Origin: Octopus sinensis
Taxonomy: Eukaryota
Reading direction: 5' to 3'
Length of the DNA: 64,000 nucleotides
Assembly (NCBI RefSeq): GCF_006345805.1
Contig: NC_042997.1
Span: forward strand, 19,406,001-19,470,000
A model generated the notes under the pieces. The model was not told where the DNA came from. It did not search any database and saw only the letters and a program-made list of their open reading frames with translations. This document shows, in pieces, positions 1 to 12,545 of the stretch. Numbering within the stretch: the first letter of the stretch is position 1; each line of letters starts with the position of its first letter. A program made the position numbers and the translations under genes.

Positions 1-212
1 ACCTTTGTGTCTGTGTTTGTCCTCCATGACTGCTTGACAACTGGTGTTGCTGTGTTCACACCCCCATAACTTAGTGGTTCAGCAAAACAGACCAATAGAA
101 TACATACTAGGCATAATATGAAAATAATAAGTTCTGAGATAAATTTGTTCAATTATAAACCCTTAAGGTACTACCCCAGCTTGGCCACAATCAAATGAGT
201 GAAACAAGTAAA
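1..212 (+). mobile_element. 3' part of SINE family B
   Basis: Reverse complement of the ...cttttacttgtttcagtcatttgactgcggccatgctgg... block at 28763, 42508 and 57709. Those copies are on the - strand, so this one reads on +. Confidence 0.75.
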
Positions 213-544
213 AAGATTAAAAAATGATAAAAAGATATATAATACACATACACCTGTTTATATATACATCTGTGTGTGTATTGTACAAGTATGTATATCT
301 TCTGGTGCTATTTATCAGAAGTAAAAAGATTAAAAAATGATAAAAAGATATATAATACACATACACCTGTTTATATATACATCTGTGTGTGTATTGTACA
401 AGTATGTATATCTTCTGGTGCTATTTATCAGAAGTAAAAAGATTAAAAAATGATAAAAAGATATATAATACACATACACCTGTTTATATATACATCTGTG
501 TGTGTATTGTACAAGTATGTATATCTTCTGGTGCTATTTATCAG
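206..544. repeat. 3 x 113 bp tandem repeat
   Basis: Units start at 206, 319 and 432 (aagtaaaaagattaaaaaatg...gctatttatcag) and look identical. Confidence 0.95.
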
Positions 545-930
545 ATATTTGAACGGACTAGTGTACCCTATGTGGAAATTTTATGAAAATTACTGAAGAA
601 TATGAGGACTTACATAATTAAATCATATTTTGGGCCTTGGCACTTCATTAGTCATGTTTCTGCTCACTTAATCTTGCTGAAGAATTTTTCCCTCTTTTTG
701 GAAAACGTGTTTTGAAATTTAAATATTTTACCTGGCTTAAATATCTTATTTCTCAAAATAATCATAACCCCCTCTAATCACTTTGTGCCCATCATAATAT
801 CTTTAACATTTGCCACCTCTATCTAAGAAGTGCTACCACCCAGATCATAATCGACTACTTCACAATGTTTACATCTCACATTGTCTTACTGATCTGAGTA
901 TAAATTTCCATATCAAGCTATGCAGGATAG

Positions 931-1230
931 TCATCATCATCATCGTCCTCGTTTAACGTCCGTTTTCCATGCTAGCATGGGTTGGACGGTTTGACCGGAG
1001 TCTGGAAAGCCAGGAGGCTGCACCAGGCTCTAGTCTGATCTGGCAGTGTTTCTACAGCTGCATGCCCTTCCTAATGCCAACCACTCCGTAAGTGTAGTGG
1101 GTGCTTTTTACGTGGCACCAACACAGAAGCCAGTCATGGTGGCACTGGCATCGGCCACGTTTGGATAGTGCTTTTTACATGCCACTGGCACAGGTATCAC
1201 AACTACAATTTCCATTTGATATTTATTTTG
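931..1230 (-). mobile_element. 3' end of RTE-clade LINE with (GAT)n tail
   Basis: (CAT)n followed by tttaacgtccgttttccatgctagcatggg, the reverse complement of the 3' end attached to RT coding sequence at 8950-10222. Confidence 0.8.
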
Positions 1231-1323
1231 ATGTTGATGTACTTAACTCAATAGGTCTCCTCAAGCACAGCAGGTTACGTGCTACCGGCACAGAAGCCAA
1301 TGTACTGAATTATATTTCTTCAG

Positions 1324-1391
1324 ATTTCTTTTCATGGCTTACACAAAGGAAGAACACATCCATAGCCCTTTATTCAAGCCCTTTCAGACTG
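1324..1391 (+). CDS. Candidate internal exon of an unnamed host gene: (D)FFSWLTQRKNTSIALYSSPFRL
   Basis: Acceptor tatatttcttcag, donor CTG|gtatga, open frame, phase 1 to 0. Confidence 0.45.
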
Positions 1392-2329
1392 GTATGAGAA
1401 AAGGAGGAAGCTATTCTCACACAGAAAATATAGTTCAAATGCATGGAACTGTATGACCCCACTAAAGGCACCCAAAAATCTGATGGAAACATCAAACCAT
1501 GCAGTAGATTGAGTTTAATGCACCAAAACAAAAATGGCCCGTACGTTGGACTCCTGCACAATTTTGATCTACCAAAATGTTTTGCAAGACTTTGATCATA
1601 CAGAAGTTATTTTAGAAGATACTTGCTCAAGATTCTAATCATAGAGGTTGAAACTAAGTTTACGTAGTTGCCAAGCAAACTTTTTAAACAAGACAGCCAC
1701 ACTAGATGATATGATTTTGCATTGAAGCAACAGGAATTTTTATTAAGATTGAAAAAGTTTTAAGAGCAGTTTTTCATGAAAAGAGATATAAATAAAACTA
1801 AATTTAAAATGTCTATATCAAATTAGAAAAAAATGACATTTATGATCCAGATTTTATAGTTCTTGTATATTTTAAGTTCATTGTAATAATCAGCTTCTTG
1901 TGAAGAAAGACACAAGTAACTTCAATGTAATAGACATTAAATACTAATCATTTGCTGAGCATATCCACAAAACAAATGTTGACATATACCTATTTTAGTT
2001 TACAAATTATGAAATGTTTGGCATTAATATCTCTTCCTGGTATTTTCAGATTTACAACTTTTTGGATGTTGCATTAATGCTACACACTATTACCATGAAA
2101 TCTTGTTGATTGACTCTTTTGTATTCTGTTTGTGTATTGTTTCTGATTTCATTTTGTTTCTGATGACATAGTGAACAGTAACTTCAAAATTACAAGTAAA
2201 TAAGCTTGGTTTATTGGCAAAGTAGGATATGAATCAATATGACAAACTTTGATGTGGAAATTTAAATAAATCGATTTAGTGGATAGGTTTCATGCTCCAG
2301 GAAAATGTGTGTGCCGGTGGATTATTTAT

Positions 2330-3090
2330 CGTTTACTTATTTCAGTCTTTGGACTACAGCTATGTTTGGACACTGCCTTGTGGAGACACATGGCCTAGTG
2401 GTTAGAGCAGCAGACTCGTGGTTGAGGGATCGCAGGTTCAAATCTCAGACCGGGCGATGTGTGTGTTTATGAGCGAAACACCTAAGCTCCACGCAGCTCC
2501 GGCAGAAGGTAATGGCGAACTTCTGCTGACTCTTTCGCCACAACTTTCTCTCACTCTTTCCTCCTGCATCTTGCAGCTCACCTGCGATGGACCAGCATCC
2601 TGTCCAGGTGGCGAACCTATATGCCAAGGAAACCGGGAGACTGGCCCTTATGAGCCAGGCATGGCTCGAGAAGGAACAAACAACAATACTGCCTTGAATG
2701 GCTTAGCCAAACAAATAGACTCCAGTACTTATTTCTTAAGTCTGGTGCTTATTCTGTTGGTCAATTTTGCTAAACCACTAAGTTAGCAGGCTGTAAAAAA
2801 AACCAACAACAGTTGTCACATAGTGGGGTGGTGGAGAAACACAAACACACACACACACATGTACATGCTCATGCATGAACACAGAGAGGCAGGCAGACAG
2901 ACAGGCAGGCAATCGGACAGACAGATGCATTGATATAACAGGCTTCTATGCAGATTCCATCTACCAAAAGGCTTTTGTTGTTTTGGAGTTATAGTAGAAG
3001 ACACTTGCTCAAGGTGCTATGCACTGGGACTGAGCCTGAAACCATGGGGTTGCAAAACAAGCTTCTTAACCACACGACCATGCCTGTACC
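2330..3090 (-). mobile_element. Degenerate SINE family B carrying a nested SINE A
   Basis: Family B body is interrupted at actgccttg, resumes at 2697, and continues through the internal (CA)n to the tRNA-like head near 3090. Confidence 0.7.
2381..2687 (+). mobile_element. tRNA-derived SINE family A, full length
   Basis: A-box-like tggcctagtggttag, B-box-like ggttcaaatc, (AAC)n tail, 9 bp TSD actgccttg at 2372-2380 and 2688-2696. Confidence 0.9.
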
Positions 3091-3114
3091 TACTTGTGTA
3101 TTATGAAATCAACA

Positions 3115-3395
3115 TCATCATCACTTAACGTCCGCTTTCCATGCTAGCATGGGTTGGACGATTTGACTGAGGACTGGCGAACCAGATGGCTGCACCAGTC
3201 TCCAATCTGATTTGGCAGAGTTTCTACAGCTTGATGCCCTTCCTAACACCAACCACTCTGAGAGTGTAGCAGGTGCTTTTACATGCCACTGGCATGAGGG
3301 CCAGTCTGGCAGTACTGGCAATGGCCTCGCTCGAATGTTTTGTTCACGTGCCACTGGCACAAGTGTCAGTAGGGCGACGCTGGTAATGAGAGATT
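3115..3395 (-). mobile_element. 3' end of RTE-clade LINE
   Basis: Same family as 931-1230. Confidence 0.8.
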
Positions 3396-3701
3396 ACTAG
3401 TGAATGTAAAAAATGGGTGTAGCAGAACAGTTACTTCATGAGAATCGGAATTCAAATAGATGAGTAGATATAAAGTAAGACCTAGGTCCAAAAAATTTGG
3501 AGATGTCTGTTTTGGCAACATTTAGATCATACAAGAGTAGAAGAGTTTGTAAAGTTCAAATAGTGTGGGGAGTATGTGAATACTTATATTTAAAATTTGT
3601 ATTGGAGTAATTTAAATGAAAATCTTCCAGGAATATTTATAATTTTGCAGAAGAAAAATTGTACTTTGTACACTTATTTTGGCACGTTCAGATCAAGTTA
3701 A

Positions 3702-4104
3702 TCTCTCTATATATAAAGCTGAAGTTGTCTGTGAGTGTGTGTGTGTGGCAGGTTTGGTAGCCTTCAACCTACACTATCCCCTCCGAAACCCTGTGGTGCA
3801 AGTTGACCAAAATTGAGAGTACGATAGAAGAAGGCTTGCTCTTCCTTCCGTTGAAGAAAAAAAATCAAATTGGATCATGTTAACACCAAAAATTAATTAC
3901 ATCAAAAAGGTGCTTTTTTTCCTATGAAAATCCCTATTTTTTACGATTTTTTGATTGCTGTGTCGCCATTTTTCGGTGTATTTCAACCAGAAAATGTTCA
4001 CTTAAAGAAAATAACATGCTACATAATGCAAAATTTTTACTTTACTAAAATTCCAATTCTAAAGGGTTGAAACAAACCCGAGCAACGCCGGGCGATACTG
4101 CTAG
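3702..4104 (+). mobile_element. Non-autonomous Helitron
   Basis: 5' TC(TCTATATATAAA), subterminal hairpin cccgagcaacgccggg, 3' CTAG, inserted between A and T with no TSD. Confidence 0.85.
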
Positions 4105-4379
4105 TCACAGATAAAAATGTAAAAAGATCTTTGAAAATAGTGATGTCTTTATTAATACAATATTTTAACTCATTGATGTATTTCCAATGAGGAGTTACAA
4201 CTCTTTACTCTCTAATGATTTTTCAGCTTTCCATATATCTTCATCCTAGATGAGATTAGTTTTGGATCTGTTGAAGACATGCTTAAGATTCCAACTATTG
4301 ACTATGATATTTCTAAATCAACTATAATGATTCAATTGATAGAGGACATTCCTTGGAATCAATCTGTGAAAGGAATATT

Positions 4380-4603
4380 CTTTACTCTTCTACTCTAGGC
4401 ATGAGGACCGAAGTTTTTCGTGGAGAGGTGGCCAGTCGATCAGATTGACTCCAGTACACAACTGGAACTTAATTCATCGACCTCGAAAGGATGAAAGGTA
4501 AAGTCGACCTCAGCAGAATTTGAACTCAGAATGTAAAGACAGACAAAATACCACTATGCATTTTGCCTGGCATACTAACGTTTCTGCCTACTTACCACCT
4601 TCA
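4380..4603 (-). mobile_element. tRNA-derived SINE family C
   Basis: Core gaggtcgac...tttcatcctttcgaggtcgat on the - strand; 14 bp TSD gtgaaaggaatatt at 4366-4379 and 4604-4617. Confidence 0.85.
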
Positions 4604-4762
4604 GTGAAAGGAATATTAAGTTACTTTTCCCTTCTGGATATCAGAGAGAGTATTTCAGATATGTGCTAAGAACCTCTCTTGTTCCCATGACAGTATTACA
4701 ATGAAGCCCATTGTCTAACAGAACAAGGAGAGGTGGATTATATATTTTCAATTGCTGTGATG

Positions 4763-5063
4763 TTTGTTCCTTCTCGAGCCATGCTTTGCTCATAAGGGCC
4801 AGTTTCCCGGTTTCCTTGGCATATAGGTTCTCCACCTGGATGGGATGCTGGTCCGTTGCAGATGAGCTGCAAGATGCAGGAGGAAAGAGTGAGTGAAAGT
4901 TGTGGTGAAAGAGTCAGCAGAAGTTTGCCATTACCTTCTGCCAGAGCCACGTGGAGCTTAAGTGTTTCACTCATAAACACACACATCGCCTGATCTGAGA
5001 TTTGAACTCGTGATCCCTCGATCATGAGTCCGCTGCTCTAACCACTAGGCCATGTGCCTCCAC
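4763..5063 (-). mobile_element. SINE family A, full length
   Basis: About 90% identical by eye to 2381-2687; 14 bp TSD caattgctgtgatg at 4749-4762 and 5064-5077. Confidence 0.9.
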
Positions 5064-5978
5064 CAATTGCTGTGATGGTGGGTAATATCTGCAACAGTTT
5101 GCTCATTTTGTACCAAGGTAACTCACTATCAAGATCATGCAAAAGCTGATGTGCATCCTTCTATACTAATGAAAACGATGCACTAGCATGTCCTGAATTG
5201 TTTATTCTGCATTGGTATACATTGTCTCATGTCATGGTGGACAATTTTTCTGAGCCTCAAGGGTTTGCCAGCAATAATGTTCCATATGAAATATCTTTAT
5301 GGATGATTTCTTTCAGAAACATTCTTTTCTATAAATAATTGGTAGTGAATTAGCTTGAAGGCATTAATCTTTGGAAACAGATTGTACACCTCAAATAACA
5401 GTATCAAGTGAATATGAAACTCAGATTCAGGATACAAAAACAACATTTTCTGTAAATGCACACACACACACTTATGGTTTTCCATGTGTATCATAGAACT
5501 TATTTTGCTAAATCAACAAATGTTCTATCCCAATTTAATTTAAAGCTTTCTCTGTGGTTGGTTGTCTTTCAAATTCCTGCCAGTTGCTAAGCAGTGTGAA
5601 CTATCCCTTGTAAGCAGTGTATGAATGAATATATACATTAGTACATATACATGCTATCTCAATAATAAATATATCTTGTAGATACATTCACACATGCTTA
5701 TGTAACTCCAATCTCACATAGAATGTTTCTATATTAACACAAAATACATGCACTTTTTCAATGGTAATAAAAGATCACAGCGATACATGCTAAAGTAGAA
5801 AGTCCCAAAGCAATATTCCAGCTATGATTTCTTCTGGCAATCATATTAAGAATTGTCTTATTGTATCTTGTCTCTTGACATTAGATATTGACTTTCACTA
5901 AGCTATGTGTTATAGAATAAACATTTTTATTGAACTATATAATATTGTTTTTTTATTCAACCATACACATTTCCACAG

Positions 5979-5998
5979 GTTATATGTGAACTACACTG
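5979..5998 (+). CDS. Candidate 20 nt microexon: VICELH
   Basis: Acceptor catttccacag, donor CTG|gtattt, phase 0 to 2; continues the frame of 1324-1391. Confidence 0.3.
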
Positions 5999-6481
5999 GT
6001 ATTTAATAATGTTGTTACATTGCTCTTTCTTGTTGTATGTTACACACATCTAAGTTTGTTATTTAATAAATCTCTATTTAGTATTCAGCTATTTATTAAT
6101 TACCAACATGTAACTAACCTCATACCAGAATATCATTTATATAAATTGTAGTGACTTATGTCATGCTGGCATATGATATAGTGGTTGATTTACAATTATG
6201 GGGTCAAGGGTTCAATTACTGGCCTAAGTAATGAATTGTGTCCTTGAGCAAGACATGTAATGTAATGTAATGTTATGCCAATACCGCACCAGTGTTGGTA
6301 CAACTCTCTCTCACTCTTTCTCTCCCCTCTTGTAGCTGCTACATTCAAGATACTAAGCCAAGAAAGAGAGAGGGCGGAGAGTATGTATAAGTTTCCTTGT
6401 AACTACATAGTCATCAAAAACAATTAGCAACAGAATAGTACAGACTATCATGTCATACACTCTTGTGAGTGGTGGTGATGA

Positions 6482-6485
<4 letters not shown>

Positions 6486-6545
<60 letters not shown>

Positions 6546-6720
6546 TGGAGGTGTGGGTGTGTAGTAAGAAGTTTGTTTCCAACCATATGGTTCTGGGTTC
6601 AATTCCACTGTGTGGCACATTGGGCAAAGGTTTTCTACTGTAGCCCTGGACTAACCAAATCCTTCTGAACAGATTTCATAGACAGAAGCTGAAGAGGCCC
6701 ATCACACATATGTATGTAAG
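6486..6720 (+). repeat. (TA)n tract followed by a SINE B head
   Basis: (TA)n at 6486-6542, then ggtggaggtgtgggtgtgtagtaagaag...gggttcaattcc. Confidence 0.75.
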
Positions 6721-7254
6721 TATATGTGTACATATATGTATGTATGCTACTGTCTCCTTGCCTGCCATGACATTGTGTAACAGTAGTAAATAAATGTTTT
6801 TGTCATGCAAGCTGTGTCCTTCATTCATCTTCCATAAAGACATATGTGGCTATGTGGAAATATTACTTTACTTGGAAACAGGTAAAGGTTGGCATCCGAT
6901 CTATACAAGCATGGAAAACTGGACGTCAAAACAATGACGATGAGGATATATATATATTGAGTTCATGAGTCAGGCAAAAAGTGAAAAGGCCATATCAGCA
7001 CTAGGACGTGTGAAGCATATTTCATGGAGAAATGTCTAGTCATTATACTATATTTTTAAGGTGAGATGAGGAATTTATATTATGTATACTATTTATATTA
7101 GTCAGACTGGTATCTTCGTTTTGATCATCACTTTGACTACTTTTCAGCAGTTGTATGCTCCAACACATGGCATCTGAAGTAGGTTGGAGCGTACAACAGC
7201 CAAAACGTAGCGAAAGTAACAATCAAGATGAGGACATCAGTCTGACTGATATAA

Positions 7255-7545
7255 ACATCGTCATCATCGTTTAACGTCTGCTTTCCATGCTAGCATGGGT
7301 GGGATGATTTGAGTGAGGGCTGGCGAACCAGATGGCTGCACCAGGCTCCAATCTTGATCTGATTGAGTTTCTACAGCTGGAAGCCCTTCCTAACGCCAAC
7401 CACTCCAAGATTGTAGTGGGAGCTTATACGTGCCACCGGCACGGGCTCCAGTCAGGCAGTACTGGCAATGACCTCGCTCAAATCTTTTTATACATGCCAC
7501 CGGCACAGGCGCCAGTAAGGCGATGCTGGTAATGATCACGCTTAG
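7255..7545 (-). mobile_element. 3' end of RTE-clade LINE
   Basis: Same family as 931-1230. Confidence 0.8.
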
Positions 7546-7599
7546 TATACGTAATATATTTTTAAGCATTTAAATTTAAATGGTCCAATACTGAAAAAA

Positions 7600-8425
7600 G
7601 GAACCATTCCGAAGTGTGCAACCTGTCCAAATATTGAGTTCATGAGGCAGGCAAAAGGTGAAAAGGCCATATCAGCATGAGATCTTTTAAATCATAGTGT
7701 GTGAAGCCTATTGCAGCTTGACTTAAATTTTCATCCTTTTTATGATTGTGACTGTAAGAATAAATCAATATGACTAGAAAAGTTGGAAAACATTTGCAAA
7801 GATCATACTCCCAATGTGGACAGGTGACATGTTCTTCTCTTACATACATAACCATGTGTCTGGTTATGTAAGTAAATAAAACATCTGCTCTTGGTTAGGC
7901 AGCAAACCAAAACAACTTCATGACTATTATATTTATTGTGAAAGCATATCAGTGAAGTGTTGTGAGGTATGCCTTGATGTAACAGGTCCATATTTCTTTG
8001 AAGAAGATAGACATGTAGTAACAGGGAATTATGATCGCTATGTCTTCATATTACACAAATTACTTTGCCCAGAAATAAATGGAGATTGCTTTAAAAGATA
8101 ACAAGGGATTTCATAATAGAGAGCAATTGCTAATACAGCAAGCGCTTCCATGAATGTTACTAAAAAATATGCTTAGTGATTATGTCATTTCTCAAAATAG
8201 TGACAAGCTATGGCTTGTTCAATCATGAAATAATGGAAGCACATCAAAAGGCAAATTTTGATCAATAAAATGCTCACACAAGATGAGCTGAAAGTGGTTA
8301 TTTGTAAAGAAATTACAATATTACCACAAGACAGTGTGACACACAATACAGAACTTCCAGGCTAGGATACAAAGTAAGTGTGCATAACATTTGGAAGCAT
8401 CTGGATAACATTATTTTCAAGCCTG
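7600..8425 (+). pseudogene. Decayed Tc1/mariner transposase (DD37D/maT-like)
   Basis: Broken frames give LQLDLNFHPF, HVSGYVSK*NICSW, GPYFFEEDRHVVTGNYDRY, LKNMLSDYVISQNSDKLW and KHLDNIIFK in the order expected for this family. Confidence 0.7.
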
Positions 8426-8949
8426 AAGAAATACTTATTCATGTGTTCCTTATATGCTTAAGAACCATACATTGTTCTGTATATTTAAAAAAAAAAAAAA
8501 ACCTCATGTACCTCTGCTGCATCCTATAAATATAATGGTTTGCCACACAGTTTCCATTGAGAAAATTCTATTTACATGACATTGAATAATCCAAAGCCAG
8601 AGCAAAAATGCTTCACCATTGTGCTGCACAGTGCAATTAAACCTGCAACCTTCAATTCATTATACTTTATATTGTGTACTCAGCTATTTAATACCTTTAT
8701 AGTTACCGTGTCTTTGTGCACCAGCATGGCCTCGACCTTAGGGCTGAATGATGGGAAAGAATAAAAGAATAATACAGAGCGAACCCTTCATCATCATCAT
8801 CATCATCATCGTCATTATTTTATATCCACTTTTCCGTGCTCATATCGGTTGCATTGAATATGCTGAAGTGGATTTTCTACATTTGGATGTTATTCCTGTT
8901 GCTAACCATCATTTGCTTCCAAATAAGATAATATTTTCCTCTGACTAAG

Positions 8950-10222
8950 TCTCAGAAGATTAAAAACAAAGTCTTAATAAGTAGGAAGGCAGACAAATCA
9001 CAAATCCCTTCAGGAAGATGGCCCTGCTTGACCTGTAGAAAAGGTATTGGTAGAAACTCCATAAGATGTACCTGATGTAAGCAACAGACACATAAGAGGT
9101 GCAGCAATATTAGGGGAAGGTTAACCAGGAAAATAGCTTTTGTGTGTGGAAGATGCACAGGTACAGTAAACACCAAAAATGTACAGAAAATAGACCCCAT
9201 AAACTGCCAGGTAGGTAAGATTGAGGTTGTAGATAGTTTCTGCTATTTAGGTGACCAAGTTAGTAGCAAAGGTGGATGCTCTAAGAGTGTAGCTGTGGGA
9301 ATAAGAATATGTAGGGAAAAGTTCAAAGAGCTCCTACCTCTGTTAGCAACAAAGGGCCTCTCCCTAAGAGTGAAAGGCAGATTGTATGATGTCTGTGTGT
9401 AAACAGCTATGCTACTCAGCATTGAAGCATGGGCTGTGACAGCTGAGGACATGCATAGGCTTGAAAAAAATGAAGCTAGTATGCTTCAGTAGATGTGCAG
9501 TGTCAGTGTGCATTTACAACAGAGTGTAAGCATCTTGAGAGAAAAGTTGGGCAGGAGGATCAGATGTGGATGTGATGTGTATGGATGAGGACAGCTGCGT
9601 AAATAAGTGCTGCACTCTAACTGTGGAGGGAACCTGTGGTAGAGGCAGACCCAGGAAGACATGGGACGAAGTGGTAGAGCATGATCTTATGAACTTTGAG
9701 TCTCATAGAGGCAATGACTAGTGACCAAGACATCTAGCGATATGCTCTGCTTGAAAAGAGCCATCAAGCCAAATCACGGCTGATACTGCTGTCATCTAAC
9801 TGGCACCTGTTTTGGTGGCATGTAAAAAGCACCTTTCGAGCAGTGGGCCTTATGGAGGCAAGGTGGTCGATGCTGGTGGCATGAGGAAAGAACCTTTCAA
9901 GTGTTGGGCCTCATGGAGGCAATGACAAATGACAAAGACCTTTGGCATTATGCTGTGCTTAAGAAGAAGACCCATCATGCCAAGTAAAATCGCAGTTGTG
10001 ATGGATACTGATGTCACGCAAATGGCACCCATGCTGGTGGCACATAATAGCACCCATTACACTCTTGGAGTGATTCACATTAAGAAAGGCATCCAGCTGT
10101 AGGAACCATGCCAAATCGGATTGGAGTCTGGTGCAACCTTCCAGCTTGCTAGCCCTGGTCAAACCATCCAGCCAAAGCCAGCACAGACAATGGACGTTAA
10201 ATGATGATGATGATGATGACAA
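8950..10222 (+). mobile_element. 5'-truncated RTE-clade LINE: RT C-terminus, 3' UTR and (GAT)n tail
   Basis: WPCLTCRKGIGRNSIRC...EVVDSFCYLGD...LPLLATKGLSLRVKGRLY and a GRGRPRKTW-like motif, with stops and frameshifts. Confidence 0.9.
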
Positions 10223-10371
10223 GGATGACACCATTTGCATGACAGTGACACTCACAACTGCCATGAAATATCACACCAAGAAGAGAGTAAACATTCATAT
10301 TTACATATATACATATATGTATACATATATTTGTGTGTGTGTGTAAGTGTGTATGTATGTGCATATATGAA

Positions 10372-10417
<46 letters not shown>

Positions 10418-10419
10418 CT

Positions 10420-10580
10420 CAGAGTGGTTGGTGTTAGGAAGGGCATCCAGCTGTAGAAACTCTGCCAGACCAAGATTGAAGCTTGATGCAGCCATCTGGT
10501 TCGCCAGCCTTCAGTCAAATCGTCCAACCCATGCTAGCATGGAAAGCGGATGTTAAACGATGATGATGATGATGATGATA
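10420..10580 (+). mobile_element. Short RTE 3' end
   Basis: ...catgctagcatggaaagcggatgttaaacgatgatgatg. Confidence 0.8.
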
Positions 10581-10582
10581 TG

Positions 10583-10631
<49 letters not shown>

Positions 10632-10654
10632 ATGTATGTATATGTGTGTATATC

Positions 10655-11358
10655 ATCATCATCATCGCTTGACATCTGCTTTCTATGCTGGCATGGGTTG
10701 GATGATTTGACTAAGGACTGGCAAACCAGATGGCTGCACCAGCACAGATGTCAGTCATCGAATTTGATTGTGATTTCAATTTCACTTACTTCAACAGGTC
10801 TTTGCAAGCAGAGTTAGTGTCTGATGAAAGAAAAGTATGCATAAGTAGGCTGGTTACACCCCTGGCATAGGTTACAAGGTTATGGTCTCACTTGGCTTGC
10901 TAGGTCTTCTCAAGCACAGCATATTTCCAAAGGTCTCAGTCACGAGTCATTGCCTCGGTGAGGCCTCATGTTTGAAGGTCATGCTTCACCATCTCATTCC
11001 AGGTCTTCCTGGGTCTACCTCTTCCACAGGTTCCCTCAACCACTAGAGTGTGGCACTTTTTCACACAGCTATCCTCATCCATTCTCACCACATGACCATA
11101 CCAGCACAGTTGTCCCTCTGCACACCACATCTGATGCTTCTTTGAGCCAACTTTTCTCTCAAGGTACTTACACACTGTCGAGTATGCACACTGATATTAC
11201 ACATCTAGCAGAGCATATTGGCTTCATTCCTTGCAAGCTTACGCATGTCCTCAGCAGTCACAGCCCATGTTTCACTGCCGTGTAGCATGGCTGTTCGTAC
11301 ACATGTGTCATACAGTCTACCTTTTACTCTGAGTGAGAGGCCCTCAGTCACCTGAAGA
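10655..11358 (-). mobile_element. 5'-truncated RTE-clade LINE
   Basis: GLSLRVKGRLYDTCVRTAMLHGSETW and WYGHVVRMDEDSCVKKCHTLVVEGTCGRGRPRKTW on the - strand. Confidence 0.9.
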
Positions 11359-12038
11359 GGTAAGAGCTCTTCACACATGCACGCGTGCACACACACACAC
11401 ATACACAAACACACACACACACATATATATATATATGTAGGTTATGACAGGTAATGGTGTCATTGAGACCCAAAGGTGTGTCAGATAATGCTGAATAAGT
11501 TCTATAGATAGACCATAGTTAAGTTTCTAAACCATAGATAGTTTCTATGTATAAATGTTCTAAAATCTACTCAGCCTTAGTTTTTTTTATCTCATTACGA
11601 AAAAAAAATTATATATATATATATATATAAACGGTGGGATTCTTTCAGTTTCCATTGACCAAATCCACTCACAAGGATTTGGCGATAATAGAAGACACTT
11701 GCCTAAAGTGCAATGCACCAGGAGTGAATCCAGAATCAAATGGTTCAGAAGCAGACTTCTAACACACATAGCCATGCCTGCACCTGTAGACATATTATTT
11801 AATCTGAAGCTCAAAAAGTTCTCCTAACTCACTAAACTTAACGATTTTATATGAATAATGATTTTTTTTTCTGCTTTATGTGGGGGCTTACTGCCATGGA
11901 AAGACTTCTGTAGTAAATATATCATAATGAAACATATTTTCTAAGTCGACACTAACAGCACTGTGTTATTACTCACATGCGCTTCTTAAATAATCACCCA
12001 ATTCATAACCATTGAAGCTATATCTTGCTTCATTTCAG

Positions 12039-12058
12039 TGATCTAACAGGAAGAGAAG
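12039..12058 (+). CDS. Candidate 20 nt microexon: DLTGRE
   Basis: Acceptor tcttgcttcatttcag, donor AAG|gtaatg, phase 2 to 1. Confidence 0.35.
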
Positions 12059-12169
12059 GTAATGTTTCCAACATTAATTGACACAAATTTTACATCAAGA
12101 AAACATAAAAAAATGTAAAATTTTGTATGAGCTGTCAGATGTTAATAAAGTGAGAGATCTATCGATACA

Positions 12170-12335
12170 TACAAGCACACATACATATACGTGCATATGT
12201 ATGTGTATAAATGTGTGTGTGTGTATATATATATATAAATATATATAAAATATACACATACATATACACATGTATATATATAATGCATATATACATGTAT
12301 CATCTATCTGTCTGTCTGTCTCACTCTCTTTCCCC

Positions 12336-12416
<81 letters not shown>

Positions 12417-12545
12417 TATTTGTATGTATATATATGTGTGTGTGTGTTTGTGCACATATATATGTGTGTGTGTGTGTGTATATATACATACATATATACA
12501 TCTGTGTGTGCATGCACACACACTCATACTCATATGTAATATGTG
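12170..12545. repeat. Compound TA/CA/CT microsatellite
   Basis: Seen directly. Confidence 0.95.

Noticed and set aside
2418-5025. Similar ORFs at 2418-2786 (+) and 4738-5025 (-) resembling paralogues
   Set aside because: Both are read-through of SINE A copies.
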